From Octopus bimaculoides (taxonomy: Eukaryota): a stretch of 64,000 bases of DNA. The stretch spans positions 145,129,834-145,193,833 of the forward strand of contig NC_068981.1 of NCBI RefSeq assembly GCF_001194135.2, written 5' to 3'. The translations under genes and the position numbers were made by a program. Of this stretch, positions 27,237 through 39,513 are shown piece by piece. Under the pieces are notes generated by a model. That model did no database searches, was not told where the DNA came from, and saw only the letters and a program-made list of their open reading frames with translations. The stretch's first letter is position 1. Each line of letters opens with the position of its first letter.

Positions 27237-27793
27237 NNNNNNNNNNNNNNNNNNNNNNNNNNNNNNNNNNNNNNNNNNNNNNNNNNNNNNNNNTATATAT
27301 ATACATATTGTTATATTCTTATGGATAAACGAATACACTGCAATAGTGTAATAAAAATATAATCGAAACAAACGGCAGTAACCACGCGGAACGTAACAAC
27401 ATTCTTTTAAGAACCAACAATTCAACACGTTAACTCGAACTGTGAACTTTGAACTATCAACACATGAACTGTAGAACCTCACTTACTCAGACCGCTACTA
27501 ATTATACTAGTCGTCCAGTCCATTCTCGCCAAGGCGCGTCGAACACCTTCGCGCAACACATGTAATAAGAATTTGAAAGATCAATTAAATAAACATATCC
27601 ATACAATTAGAAGATAAAAACTTCCCTCTGCAGTATGCAAACGCTAAAAATATGATATAACTTCAATATTAGCTAATTCAAATATATTTCGATATCATTA
27701 GATCTCGTCATGAGACAAATTTATTCCGGTGCGTCAAAGCTTGGAAATAAGTATATGTCTAAACTTGAATAGGAATATATGTGAATGCGTGCC

Positions 27794-27829
<36 letters not shown>

Positions 27830-28386
27830 CTCTCCCATTTCTAATTATTTGTAGTGCCCCCCCCCCACCAAAAAAAGGAAAGAACTAGTTTCTAACAAAC
27901 AAAGTTCCATCTTTGAAATGTGGATAGCAAAAACAAAATCACATGTTGAAAAGTCTTGCATGTTTTCTAATGTTCCACTTACAGAATGTATTTGTAATGT
28001 ATGTGTTACCTAATTGAATTCTTTTTTCTGAAAAACCTCTTGCTTATCCAGATAGCCATTTATAAATATTCACTTAGGCATTTACTCACAAAACCACGTG
28101 CACCAGTTATTATTGGTATAACTTAATCTGGATATAGGAACTGGCGGTTTGTCCCTAGTTATTCTTTACTCTTTGATTTTCGAAGAGATAATCATATCAG
28201 CAGAACAACTGACCTCTATGACGATACATACCTATTCTTGTCAGTCCTAAACAACACTATCCCTATCCGGCTTGTTATATTTGTACTTATGTATGTAAGC
28301 ATACATGCATGTATGTTTACTCATATAGACATACATTGATATGCAACCATATATGTGTGTGTATATGTGTAGATGTGTGTACATGC

Positions 28387-28427
<41 letters not shown>

Positions 28428-28942
28428 ATATATATATATATATATATATATANNNNNNNNNNNNNNNNNNNNNNNNNNNNNNNNNNNNNNNNNNNNNNNN
28501 NNNNNNNNNNNNNNNNNNNNNNNNNNNNNNNNNNNNNNNNNNNNNNNNNNNNNNNNNNNNNNNNNNNNNNNNNNNNNNNNNNNNNNNNNNNNNNNNNNNN
28601 NNNNNNNNNNNNNNNNNNNNNNNNNNNNNNNNNNNNNNNNNNNNNNNNNNNNNNNNNNNNNNNNNNNNNNNNNNNNNNNNNNNNNNNNNNNNNNNNNNNN
28701 NNNNNNNNNNNNNNNNNNNNNNNNNNNNNNNNNNNNNNNNNNNNNNNNNNNNNNNNNNNNNNNNNNNNNNNNNNNNNNNNNNNNNNNNNNNNNNNNNNNN
28801 NNNNNNNNNNNNNNNNNNNNNNNNNNNNNNNNNNNNNNNNNNNNNNNNNNNNNNNNNNNNNNNNNNNNNNNNNNNNNNNNNNNNNNNNNNNNNNNNNNNN
28901 NNNNNNNNNNNNNNNNNNNNNNNNNNNNNNNNNNNNNNNNNN

Positions 28943-29255
28943 ATAGCCTCGGGCCGACCAAAGCCTTGTGAGTGGATTTGGTAGACGGAAACTGAAAGAA
29001 GCCCGTCGTATATATGTATATATATACATATATATGTATGTGTGTGTATGTTTGTATGTGTGTGTTTGTCCCCCCAACATCGCTTGACAACCGATGCTGG
29101 TGTGTTTATGTCCCCGTAACTTAGCGGTTCGGCAAAAGAGATCGATAGAATAAGTACTAGGCTTCTAAAGAATAAGTCCTGGGGTCGATTTGCTCGACTA
29201 AAAGGCGGTGCTCCAGCATGGCCACAGTCAAAAGACTGAAACAAGTAAAAGAGTA
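28943..29255 (+). mobile_element. SINE family A (5' end in gap) with internal (TA)/(GT) tract
   Basis: AGCCTCGGGCCGACCAAAGCCTTGTGAGTGGATTTGGTAGACGGAAACTGAAAGAAGCCCGTC..ACTGAAACAAGTAAAAGAG; colinear with 41543-41905. Confidence 0.8.
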
Positions 29256-29411
29256 TATATATATTCTGATATGCTCTGTCTGCTAGACTGGCCGTCTCTC
29301 CTCGTCTTTCTTCGCCATGTTATTTTCTTTCACAGTCTTATCTTCTAACCTTCATCAATCTCTATCATGCAGCTAACACTGAATTGTTTGATCGTCTTAC
29401 CTTCTTTTAGC

Positions 29412-29443
<32 letters not shown>

Positions 29444-29475
29444 TTCCCAAGTTCCTTCTCTTTCTCCGTTATAAC

Positions 29476-29515
<40 letters not shown>

Positions 29516-30639
29516 GTTTCCTTCTCTTTTCATATTTTCTCTATACTGCAGACATTTTCATCCGTCTTAGTCTTTCGACACCTCACACGCTCACTTTTTT
29601 CTTCCTCTGTTTCTCTTTCACTCTGACTATCCGTCTTTCTCTCTTTATCAATGTTTTCTTACCAGGGTTATTTTCTGTAGAAGTGATTTAGTCTGACAAT
29701 CGTTTGCGGCGATATTTTGTGTCAGTGTGCTGCTGAAATATGTGTGGCACCATTTTCTTTTTACGTAAATATAAAATGTGAAGAAAAGAAGCAAGTTAAA
29801 ATGATCATACGTTCCCAGCCTTATTATTGACATAAATCAAAACGACTCTAGCAAAGAATCGAAATCCCGTTTATACTTTTGTTCTTCACTACAAAACAGT
29901 TATGCTAAATTAAATCTCTTAATTTAGATCTTTCTATTTTCATTCCCTTTGGTATTGATTATTTTAGATTAACGTAACAAGTTAATTAAATGAATTGGTA
30001 TATTCTTTTAGTTACCAGGCTACGCTTTATTAGAGTATCCAATATAGTAGTACATTGACATCACTGGTGTTTATTGAGACATATTAAATGAAAGATTGAA
30101 AATAATTCTTCGGCGTGATTTGAACTTATGAACCTGTGTTCTTAAACTTGACAATGTAAAGTATCTAATTCGAAGCCCCAAGGAACACACCAATATCTTT
30201 CAAATAAGAAAAAGCACTTCACTGATGTATAGATAATTGACATTTCACTCGGCTTTATACTATAGAATAGTTAGTCATTAGTTTAAAGTTTAATTAGATA
30301 ATACATAATTAAATGCTCCGTTAATTAACTATCTTATTGCATAAAACTTGAATATCACATTTGTAAGTTCTCATTTGCAGATATACCGTCTTTTTTCTGT
30401 GAAGTAGATGCTGGTTTATTCCAGGAAGTGATAAATCAGTCCTTTCTGCCTTTACAAACTAATCAGTTTGAAAATTAATTCTAAATGTCGAAGTGCATTT
30501 AATGTTAGGCTGCCATGAAGGGTGTCTTTAAGGTTTCTGTTCACAGAAGCCGTATACATTCGGTGTGAGCTATTCAGGTGTGGATGACACGAGAGCCTAC
30601 TATTTATATAACAGTCTCTGTTAGAAGATATTGCAAGTT

Positions 30640-30950
30640 CATAAATGTACAGAGGAACTAATTTGAGAGACAAGGCAACACCTAAGTGATAGCTTGTAGG
30701 TTAAGGAGATCTTTTATTGCACGCTGTTAGTGAACAATCTAACTGGAAACTTTTGATGCAAGACTGAGATGATTGGTGTCCGTAACTAGAAGTCTTAGCA
30801 GGGTGACACTATTTCTAAATATTGAAACCTATTTGAAAATGATACCAGACTTACCATCCTTACAGGAAGTGCAAAAATTCGTGTTAACTGGAACGACTCA
30901 TGTACTGAGAAGAGCATTATCGTTGTGAAAACAACATCAATTCATGAAGT
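30640..30950 (+). mobile_element. R4/Dong-like REL C-terminal fragment
   Basis: ETYLKMIPDLPSLQEVQK.VLTGTTHVLRRALSL*; nearly identical to 32430-32552. Confidence 0.65.
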
Positions 30951-31209
30951 TATTTATACAATTGTGCGTGATGAAGAAGAACAAACCTCCCTCAAATCTA
31001 ACGGAATACAAGTTACAAGGGAGAGGCTCCATATAAATGGTGAGGGTTGTTTACGATTGCTACTGTCACTTTGGTAATGTTCAAGGAAAGGTGATCGGTG
31101 ACTGAGTTGCTACTAACTTGCTACTAACAAACTAACAGAAAGTTAGTTACCCAAATTGCCCGTTTTTCATTTCATCTCTCTATGTATAAATAATGATATA
31201 GCTGAAAAG

Positions 31210-31394
31210 TACAGTTCTACATTTTAGAGATGAGGAATTATGTACATTATTTACATGTGATGGATATTTGTCCTCATCCTGTTTGTTGTTAACACAACGT
31301 TTCGGCTGATATACTTTCTAGCCTTCATCAGTTGTCTTGGGGAAATTTCGAACTTGGGTTCATATTCCTAAGGTATTTTTCGATATTGTTGTTG

Positions 31395-31454
<60 letters not shown>
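31210..31454 (-). mobile_element. Hammerhead-bearing short element (family D), minus copy with (TTA)n, head truncated
   Basis: Minus strand GACAA CTGATGA A GGCTA..CAGCC GAAA CGTT GTGTT at 31336-31291; colinear with 38940-39183. Confidence 0.75.
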
Positions 31455-31514
31455 CGTAGCAGTTAAGAGCGCGGGCTACTAACCCAAGATTCCGAGTTGG
31501 ATTCTAGGCAGTGA

Positions 31515-31572
<58 letters not shown>

Positions 31573-31574
<2 letters not shown>

Positions 31575-31808
31575 TACCAGCAGATGACAACGTTTCCCTA
31601 AAAGAAATGGAAAAACTTTCAAAATACAAAGACCTGGAAATAGAGGTAACTCGAATGTGGAATCTAAAAACAGAAACAATTCCTATCATAGTAGGTGCCT
31701 TAGGTATAATAAAAAAATATTCAGACAAATACATAACAAAAACACCAGGACTTACAAATATATATAACATACAGAAAATTGCACTACTGGGCACTGCACA
31801 CATCCTAC
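31573..31808 (+). mobile_element. R4/Dong-like REL 3' fragment inserted in (AAT)n
   Basis: IPADDNVSLKEMEKLSKYKDLEIEVTRMWNLKTETIPIIVGALG..ALLGTAHIL; same family as 16510-16632. Confidence 0.8.
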
Positions 31809-32195
31809 NNNNNNNNNNNNNNNNNNNNNNNNNNNNNNNNNNNNNNNNNNNNNNNNNNNNNNNNNNNNNNNNNNNNNNNNNNNNNNNNNNNNNNNNNNNN
31901 NNNNNNNNNNNNNNNNNNNNNNNNNNNNNNNNNNNNNNNNNNNNNNNNNNNNNNNNNNNNNNNNNNNNNNNNNNNNNNNNNNNNNNNNNNNNNNNNNNNN
32001 NNNNNNNNNNNNNNNNNNNNNNNNNNNNNNNNNNNNNNNNNNNNNNNNNNNNNNNNNNNNNNNNNNNNNNNNNNNNNNNNNNNNNNNNNNNNNNNNNNNN
32101 NNNNNNNNNNNNNNNNNNNNNNNNNNNNNNNNNNNNNNNNNNNNNNNNNNNNNNNNNNNNNNNNNNNNNNNNNNNNNNNGGATTCTAGGCAGTGA

Positions 32196-32240
<45 letters not shown>

Positions 32241-32242
<2 letters not shown>

Positions 32243-32560
32243 GATCAGACAAAGAAGATGTGTTTGTTAATTGACATGAGTATTTCTTGCGATCACAATA
32301 TAGCGGCGAAAGAATTTGACAAGATCAGTAAATATAAAGATTTGCTAATAGAAATTGAAAAAATGTGGCATCTCAAGGCAACTACCGTACCAGTGATTGT
32401 AGGATCTGTAAGAATGCTAAAAAAAAAAAGGTACTGAAACATATTTGAAAATGATACCAGACTTACCATCCTTACAGGAAGTGCAAAAAGTCGTGTTAAC
32501 TGGAACGACTCATGTACTGAGAAGAGCATTATCGTTGTGAAAACATCAATTCATATTTTA
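32241..32560 (+). mobile_element. Different R4/Dong-like REL 3' fragment inserted in (AAT)n
   Basis: CLLIDMSISCDHNIAAKEFDKISKYKDLLIEIEKMWHLKATTVPVIVG..GTTHVLRRALSL*. Confidence 0.8.
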
Positions 32561-32687
32561 CCTGTGAATTTGCGTGTGTAAACTGGGAATGCATACAATG
32601 AGCTTCTCTGCCCTAGGTGTACGGAAAACACTCGGCGAGAAATGGAAGAAAATTTGAAGAAAGAAGAAAAAAACAAAAAACAACAAC

Positions 32688-32730
<43 letters not shown>

Positions 32731-35700
32731 CAACAACATCGAAAAATACCTTAGGAATGAGAATTCAGGTTCAAATTCTCCCCAAGACACCTACTGAATG
32801 CTGGAGGCTATATCAGCCGAAACGTTGTGCTAACAACAAACAAGATGAGGACAAAGATCTCTCAAATGTAAATAATGTAAATAATAACTGAAAAGTGTTG
32901 TAATTTGCTTCGAGCATTGCAGAATACAAAACGTTATTTAGAAGGGCAAAGAAGTTCATTTGAGAATCGATTAAATGCCCATTTAAGCACACACATCACA
33001 CACATACACACACACAAATATACATACATATNNNNNNNNNNATATATACATACATACACACACATGTTAAATACTAAGAAAGTCGTATTCATTTTTTAAT
33101 AAGTTTAGATAAATGAAAATTTCATAAAGAAATAGAAACTATAGGTTGCCTAGTAATGAACTATGCATATTAAATATTATGCGCATTAAGCTTTCTTCAA
33201 GCCATTTATCAGCATTTCCTTTGGTTAGACTGGTAGGCCTTTCCTCTTAAGGAAATATTACTTCAATAGTTTACAAAGTAGTGTATAAATTTTCCTTGAC
33301 AACCGATCCCATTATATATAAAATGTATCACAACCGTAGTAGAATTAGATTTCTCATTTAAAGTGCTCTTATCTACCTCTAGAGGTTATTGAAGATGGGT
33401 TATTTATTTGCTTTTAAGATCTATTTGCATTCAGTGTAGTTTAGAACTTATCAAAGCACCAATATGATTTCATGTTGAATAGTCCTAAAATGGAATATTA
33501 TTATATCGTTTATGTCTGCTCAAGTTGAAGTTGGATCGACGCCTTGTCTCTAAAATAGATATTACTTTAATACTGTCGCTTTTAGGTTTTGTAGTAAAAT
33601 GAATGAGTGTTTTGTATGAATGAATCGCATTAGAAATATGCATAATGGATCGGATAAGTGGTATTCAGCAAGTGATATAGATGCATGTTTTATGTTCGTG
33701 AATGGATCTATGTATGTGCACATTTTAATGCATACCTATTTATGAAGTTATATTATGCACATATCACTCATTAAAAATTCTCTTTCTAATATACAGGGAA
33801 TATAACAAAAGAAAAATTAAGCAATATAAGTTTGTTTCTTTCCTATACTAAAATTAATATATTAACAGCAGTCATTTTATTGCACATTAGTTCAATGCTG
33901 AGACCAGTAAATTGTTTAAAGAAAGCAATTACTCAATTTATGCATATAACAATAATGGCAAAATTTAGATATTTAATATTTTGAAAAGCTTTCTTTAGGA
34001 AAATGTTTCCCCTTAAGGACTGTCATGCATTCAAAACCCAGTTTTATTAAACAGTATTACTCAGTTCATCTATTGCAATTTCTATGTTTTAATGTGTGAT
34101 GTAATTCATGCAGTGTTATGCATTTGAAATGTTACATTTATCTAGGCCCGCCAACTGGTTTATATATCTAGTTTTCGCTATTTCACTTTAACCGTTCTTG
34201 AGAAAAACATTAACATCGCAGCCTCTGTTGTTTGTATCTTTATTAATCTAAATGAAACTTTGTCTATAGGACTCTAAACAGAAGCCAATAGATGGCAGTA
34301 GAGGTAGTTTTGACTAGTCTAATCCGGAGAATAATTTGAATGTTCAGGGAGAAGCGTTGTCAAATGTATGAATGACGAAGCCAGAATATAAATACAGAAA
34401 CCGAATCAACATAGTACTTAACAATCGAGGGGTCAAATCAATGAGACAGCCACCGTGTGGCCACTCCACGTGAGGATAATAGCAGCCAAATGTTCTTTAA
34501 AATATGTCTTTTAGCATTTAAAACCATCCATATCCTGCCCAAATATTCTACCTGCTTTCTGTTCAAACCAGCCAGAACTGGTTTATCATACAATGTCATT
34601 CTAAAAATAAACAATCATATGATCAGAATCACGAAGCTACGGGATAATCATGGGATGAATTTAAAACAATTTTAATAAATAAGCATTACATATTTGTCAG
34701 AGTAATCTGAATACTAAAGGGTCAATGAAGGGAGATCACCCAAGAGAATGTAGTTTTACTTCCTGGCGTACTGGGAATCAAATAAAAACTTTATTGATGT
34801 TCTTCTGATGGGGAAAAACTGTTTCGAAGTTTACAATTTATACAAACTGTTGCTTGCTTTATTAATCACAGTTGTGTAAAACACAATTTTTGCACCTCGA
34901 TAAACTTCGTGACGCACCCGTTTGATGTGATGTATCGTTTATAAACAACCCAGAAAGTGAACAAAATACAAGATGGTCGTGGTAGATACGCTGCAAATCT
35001 CAAACTTGCTCAAGCAGGATTCACTAAAGTTTAAGCAACAGGAAAAAGTAGCTGATATTTCATTGGTTCGTATCCTGTAACACGCACATTGGTTAGTGTT
35101 GTCTGACACTTACCTCTCAGTAGTATCTGTATAAATAATGGAGCTTGTTATAATTCATTCACATAAATTTACTTACACGTAAAAATATGACTTCTTATGA
35201 CCCGGCTACTTTGTGTTTACAAATTATCCTAAACTTCCTTTCTATGTTAAGATGGAAGCAAAATCTTTGATGTCAGTGGCATCATTTGTTTATAGTGTCC
35301 AAATTAAAATGCAAATTCTCCCAAGAAGATGTTTGTAAAGAGATAATGGTCTTCTTTTCTTCTACATCTTCAGCCTGCAACAATAGATAAGATACATATC
35401 TTTTCAAAGAAACTGGACTACAAATAATTGAATATACTAAACCACTAAAGTTAATTTCTTATATAATACATTAAACCTATATCCCTACTGCAAAATAAAT
35501 TAGATTTTACACTAAACTGACAAACACTCCAAATTAGTTAAGAATATAATGAATAAATTAGTTAAAGACATTTTGCTGAAAATAATTAACATCTTATACT
35601 GTGGAACTTCGAACTTTAACGTAAAATTATAAATTGATCTCTAAAGTTTGTAGTCGTTTCTCGTGCATAAGTACGAAATCGGAAAGTCGTGTATGCACAT

Positions 35701-36685
35701 ATACACGTATTTATATAGCGTACAAGTTTATTGAAACAAAGAGCATTCAGTATATATTGTAGAGTATAAGGTTAATTGACACTGAAGGTTTACCTCGCCA
35801 GAAAATTGCAGTGACGTGAAACTCGAGTCGCAAGATAAATATTCGGTCTTAATAAACTATATACAAGCATATATACACACACAAACGCAAACACGAATAT
35901 ATAAATATAGATATAAACCACAGCCGTCACTTGGTGGCATGATGTTAGTAATTGTTTCATGTGTTTGAACATTAGCCAGTGAATATAGACATTCTCCTAA
36001 CTCACTTAGTCTTGACTCATTATATGATGGTTGAAGAGAGAGAGGGCTGTACATTTACTGGATCCCTAAACATTCAACTGAGTAGAGTAAATCAACGTGA
36101 AATGAAGGTTTACTAAAGAATAGGGAATGTAGCTAGGTTTAGCAATCGAAATTACCATCATCGTGAGGGCAACGCCCCAACTATTAACCTTTTTTAGAAA
36201 AATTTCACTTTATTTTATTTATCTATTACTTCTTTCTCTGAATTTTTATTGACAAGACGAGCATTGCTTCCTTCGAGTAAAACACATTGAGTAAACTGCT
36301 AAATACATCCAGCTTTTGTGATATACAATGGGTCAGCTTGTTATCTGTAGTAGAGTTGATGTCTTGAACTTCCATAAATCATTCTGAAGATTAGTATGTA
36401 ACCGTACGTGGGTTGTTGGCGATTTTTCCTTATTTTTCCTTCTTTCTCTTTGGACTTATCTCTTTCCGACGAAGAGCTGTGCTCGAAACGTTTAACAACT
36501 CCCTCCTTTCATTGAGCGTCAGGTTAATATATTTCTTGTGCACATCCTCACGTTAGTTTTTTTTCTCTCTGTTTTTAAATTGTCTTTGAATGACTATATA
36601 TATATAGTCCAATCCAGGACTCGAAACCACAATCTTACGATCATGAGTCCAACACCCTAAGCACTAAGCCAGGCACCTCCGATTC

Positions 36686-36754
<69 letters not shown>

Positions 36755-36859
36755 NNNNNNNNNNNNNNNNNNNNNNNNNNNNNNNNNNNNNNNNNNNNNN
36801 NNNNNNNNNNNNNNNNNNNNNNNNNNNNNNNNNNNNNNNNNNNNNNNNNNNNNNNNNNN

Positions 36860-36925
<66 letters not shown>

Positions 36926-37574
36926 TGTTGATGCCATAAGAACTTGATAAACTTTCAAGAGAATGTGAAAGAATTCGTTTTTAGAATTGTATATTTCGAA
37001 GTCTTCGACTTCATCCAAAAAGGTTTTCCAACCCAATATTTATATGCTATTGTTTATAGCTTTGTGTGTACAGTTATTCATTATATTCTCCTGAATTGTA
37101 TTGAGTTTTTGATTAGGTTTCTCTGCTCCTCGTCTTTTAATTAGCATACACTTTCTAATAAAAATATTTATAGATATTCATTTCTCATTCAACAATTCAT
37201 CCTAAGTTGTGGAACCTCATAACGAATATCCTCCTTCATTTAAGAAATAATGCCGTAAAACACGCTATACTTTGTATAAGTCAATTTTAGAACATGCTTC
37301 CGTTTGTCAATAAATGGTTCACTTTTTATTGTTGGGTGAGAGTGTATCTTCATTCTCGGAAATTATACAAAGCCGAAATTCTAGTAGGAAATCTATTAAT
37401 GATATATATATGAAGCCAATTTTATTTCGATTCAAAAATAGCGCTAAGCTACGTTATATTTCCAGTTAAAATTTTCAAGTTACATTCTTAATGCGCACAA
37501 ATATCACCACTATCAAACCACTTAATGATTTGAATTATGGAAACTCGCCGAATGCACGTTACTTTTGTATAAGT

Positions 37575-37639
<65 letters not shown>

Positions 37640-38939
37640 NNNNNNNNNNNNNNNNNNNNNNNNNNNNNNNNNNNNNNNNNNNNNNNNNNNNNNNNNNNNN
37701 NNNNNNNNNNNNNNNNNNNNNNNNNNNNNNNNNNNNNNNNNNNNNNNNNNNNNNNNNNNNNNNNNNNNNNNNNNNNNNNNNNNNNNNNNNNNNNNNNNNN
37801 NNNNNNNNNNNNNNNNNNNNNNNNNNNNNNNNNNNNNNNNNNNNNNNNNNATAACTTATACTAGCCTTTTAGAAAATATAAGCCTTTCAGGGACAAAGTT
37901 CCATGTTTCTGTAATTCCATGTTGGCTGCTTGTGCCTTATGCTTCATTTCGATATTTTTGCAGATATACCTCACCTTTCCGCTATTTTTGTAGAAGACTT
38001 GCCGGAATTTATTACTGCTAATGAAATGTTTTCTCTTTGAAGGAGAGAAGCTATTTTGCAACCTTGACGTTTATACTCTTTAAAATGTTTCTTATACTTT
38101 TATGATGATTCCTACATGTTGTTAGAGTACACTAAGCAAATATATGATAGTTCCTTGATGTAATCCTCAGCACCCCGCCCCCGTATTAAAGATAGTTCTA
38201 TTGCGCGATAGCGTAAAAAGCCAAGTGAGATATCTCGTGACATCTCGTTTGATGCTCTAAAAACCCATTCAATTTTTATAAAGATATGATTTATTTACCG
38301 ACCTAGAAAGAATGAAAAGCAAATTTGACTTCAGTGGGATTTGAAGTCTGAGAGTAGAGAGCCAGAAGCAACACTTTAGCATATAAATATTATTTCTCAT
38401 TATCGTTCCTAATTGTCATATAAATCTAATTATATGATAACAGAAATTAGTGAAAATATGAATAATTATTCCCTTTCCAAGTACTTTTTTCTTCTCATCT
38501 ACTTAATCGCTGATTTCATATTATTGATCATCTTATGTGTGTTTAAGTAATTATTCTTCAACAAATACAAATCTAGTTTTCGAACTTTTACCCAATGGTT
38601 TTCTAATTTTGACCTTTCAGATAACTAATAGGTATAATCTTTCAGTTCAACTTTTACAAATCTTCCAAAGATGTATGACCTTTTAACTCGCATCTGCAAA
38701 AGCATACAACTATCATCTTAAATCTACATATTCTATGTGATGAAGAATGAAAATCAAAATTAAACTTGTTCGGGTATTTTTTAAGTCCGATGGCATTCTC
38801 AGAAAGTACACAATTTTTCTTGATTTGAACTTGTCTATTATGATTCCAGTGCTAAAATCTACGAAATATCATGAATAAAGAATGTAATCGGTATTCAAAT
38901 ATTAATATTTCCGCGAAGCAAAATAAAATATTTAGATAA

Positions 38940-39124
38940 TACAGTTCTATATTTATGAGATGAGGAATTATGTACATTATTTACATTATTTACATTTGAC
39001 GGATATTTGTCCTCATCTTGTTTGTTGTTAACACAACGTTTCGGCAGCCTTGGGGAAATTTCAGGTGTCTTGGGGAAATTTCGAACCCGGGTTCTAATTA
39101 CTAAGGTATTTTTCGATGTTATTA

Positions 39125-39183
<59 letters not shown>

Positions 39184-39378
39184 TAACCCCATGATTCCGA
39201 GTTCGATTCCAGGTAGTGACCTGAATAACAACAACATCAAAAAAATAACGTAAGGAATGAGAACCCAAGTTCGAAATTTCCCCAAGACACCTGATGAAGG
39301 CTGGAGGGTCTATCAGCCGAAACGTTGTGTTAACAACAAACAAGATGAGGACAAATATCCGTCAAATGTAAATAATGA
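38940..39378. mobile_element. Inverted dimer of family D: minus copy 38940-39183, plus copy 39184-39378
   Basis: 38985-39120 is the reverse complement of 39236-39378 apart from a core rearrangement; B box GAGTTCGATTCC at 39199-39210. Confidence 0.8.
39286..39331 (+). ncRNA. Minimal type I hammerhead ribozyme motif (Penelope-type)
   Basis: Stem I GACAC/GUGUU, core CUGAUGA plus an extra A, stem II GGCUG/CAGCC, GAAA, palindromic ACGU stem III, predicted cleavage after GUU (39326). Confidence 0.7.
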
Positions 39379-39477
39379 AAATATTTAGATATTTACAACT
39401 CTGATCACAAAATTTATAAATCTATCAATAATAAGAATTTCAAAAGGTAATATTGTATATGTTGACAATTTTTTTTT

Positions 39478-39513
<36 letters not shown>

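Larger units (their letters stand above)
31453..32888 (+). mobile_element. Family D plus copy: tRNA-like head, (AAT)n interrupted by Dong-type LINE tails, then ribozyme module with mutated core
   Basis: Head GCGTAGCAGTTAAGAGCGCGGGCTACTAACCC..GAGTTGGATTCT (A/B boxes) at 31453-31518; body AACATCGAAAAATACCTTAGG..CAGCCGAAACGTTGTG at 32731-32888. Confidence 0.65.

Noticed and set aside
32180-32240. Second tRNA-head end plus (AAT)n
   Set aside because: Identical to 31499-31560 and abuts a gap; may be an artefact or allelic, so not counted as a separate insertion.
35283-35375. Minus-strand exon AEDVEEKKTIISLQTSSWENLHFNLDTINK*
   Set aside because: Good acceptor, but all frames stop and no partner exon was found; unsupported.
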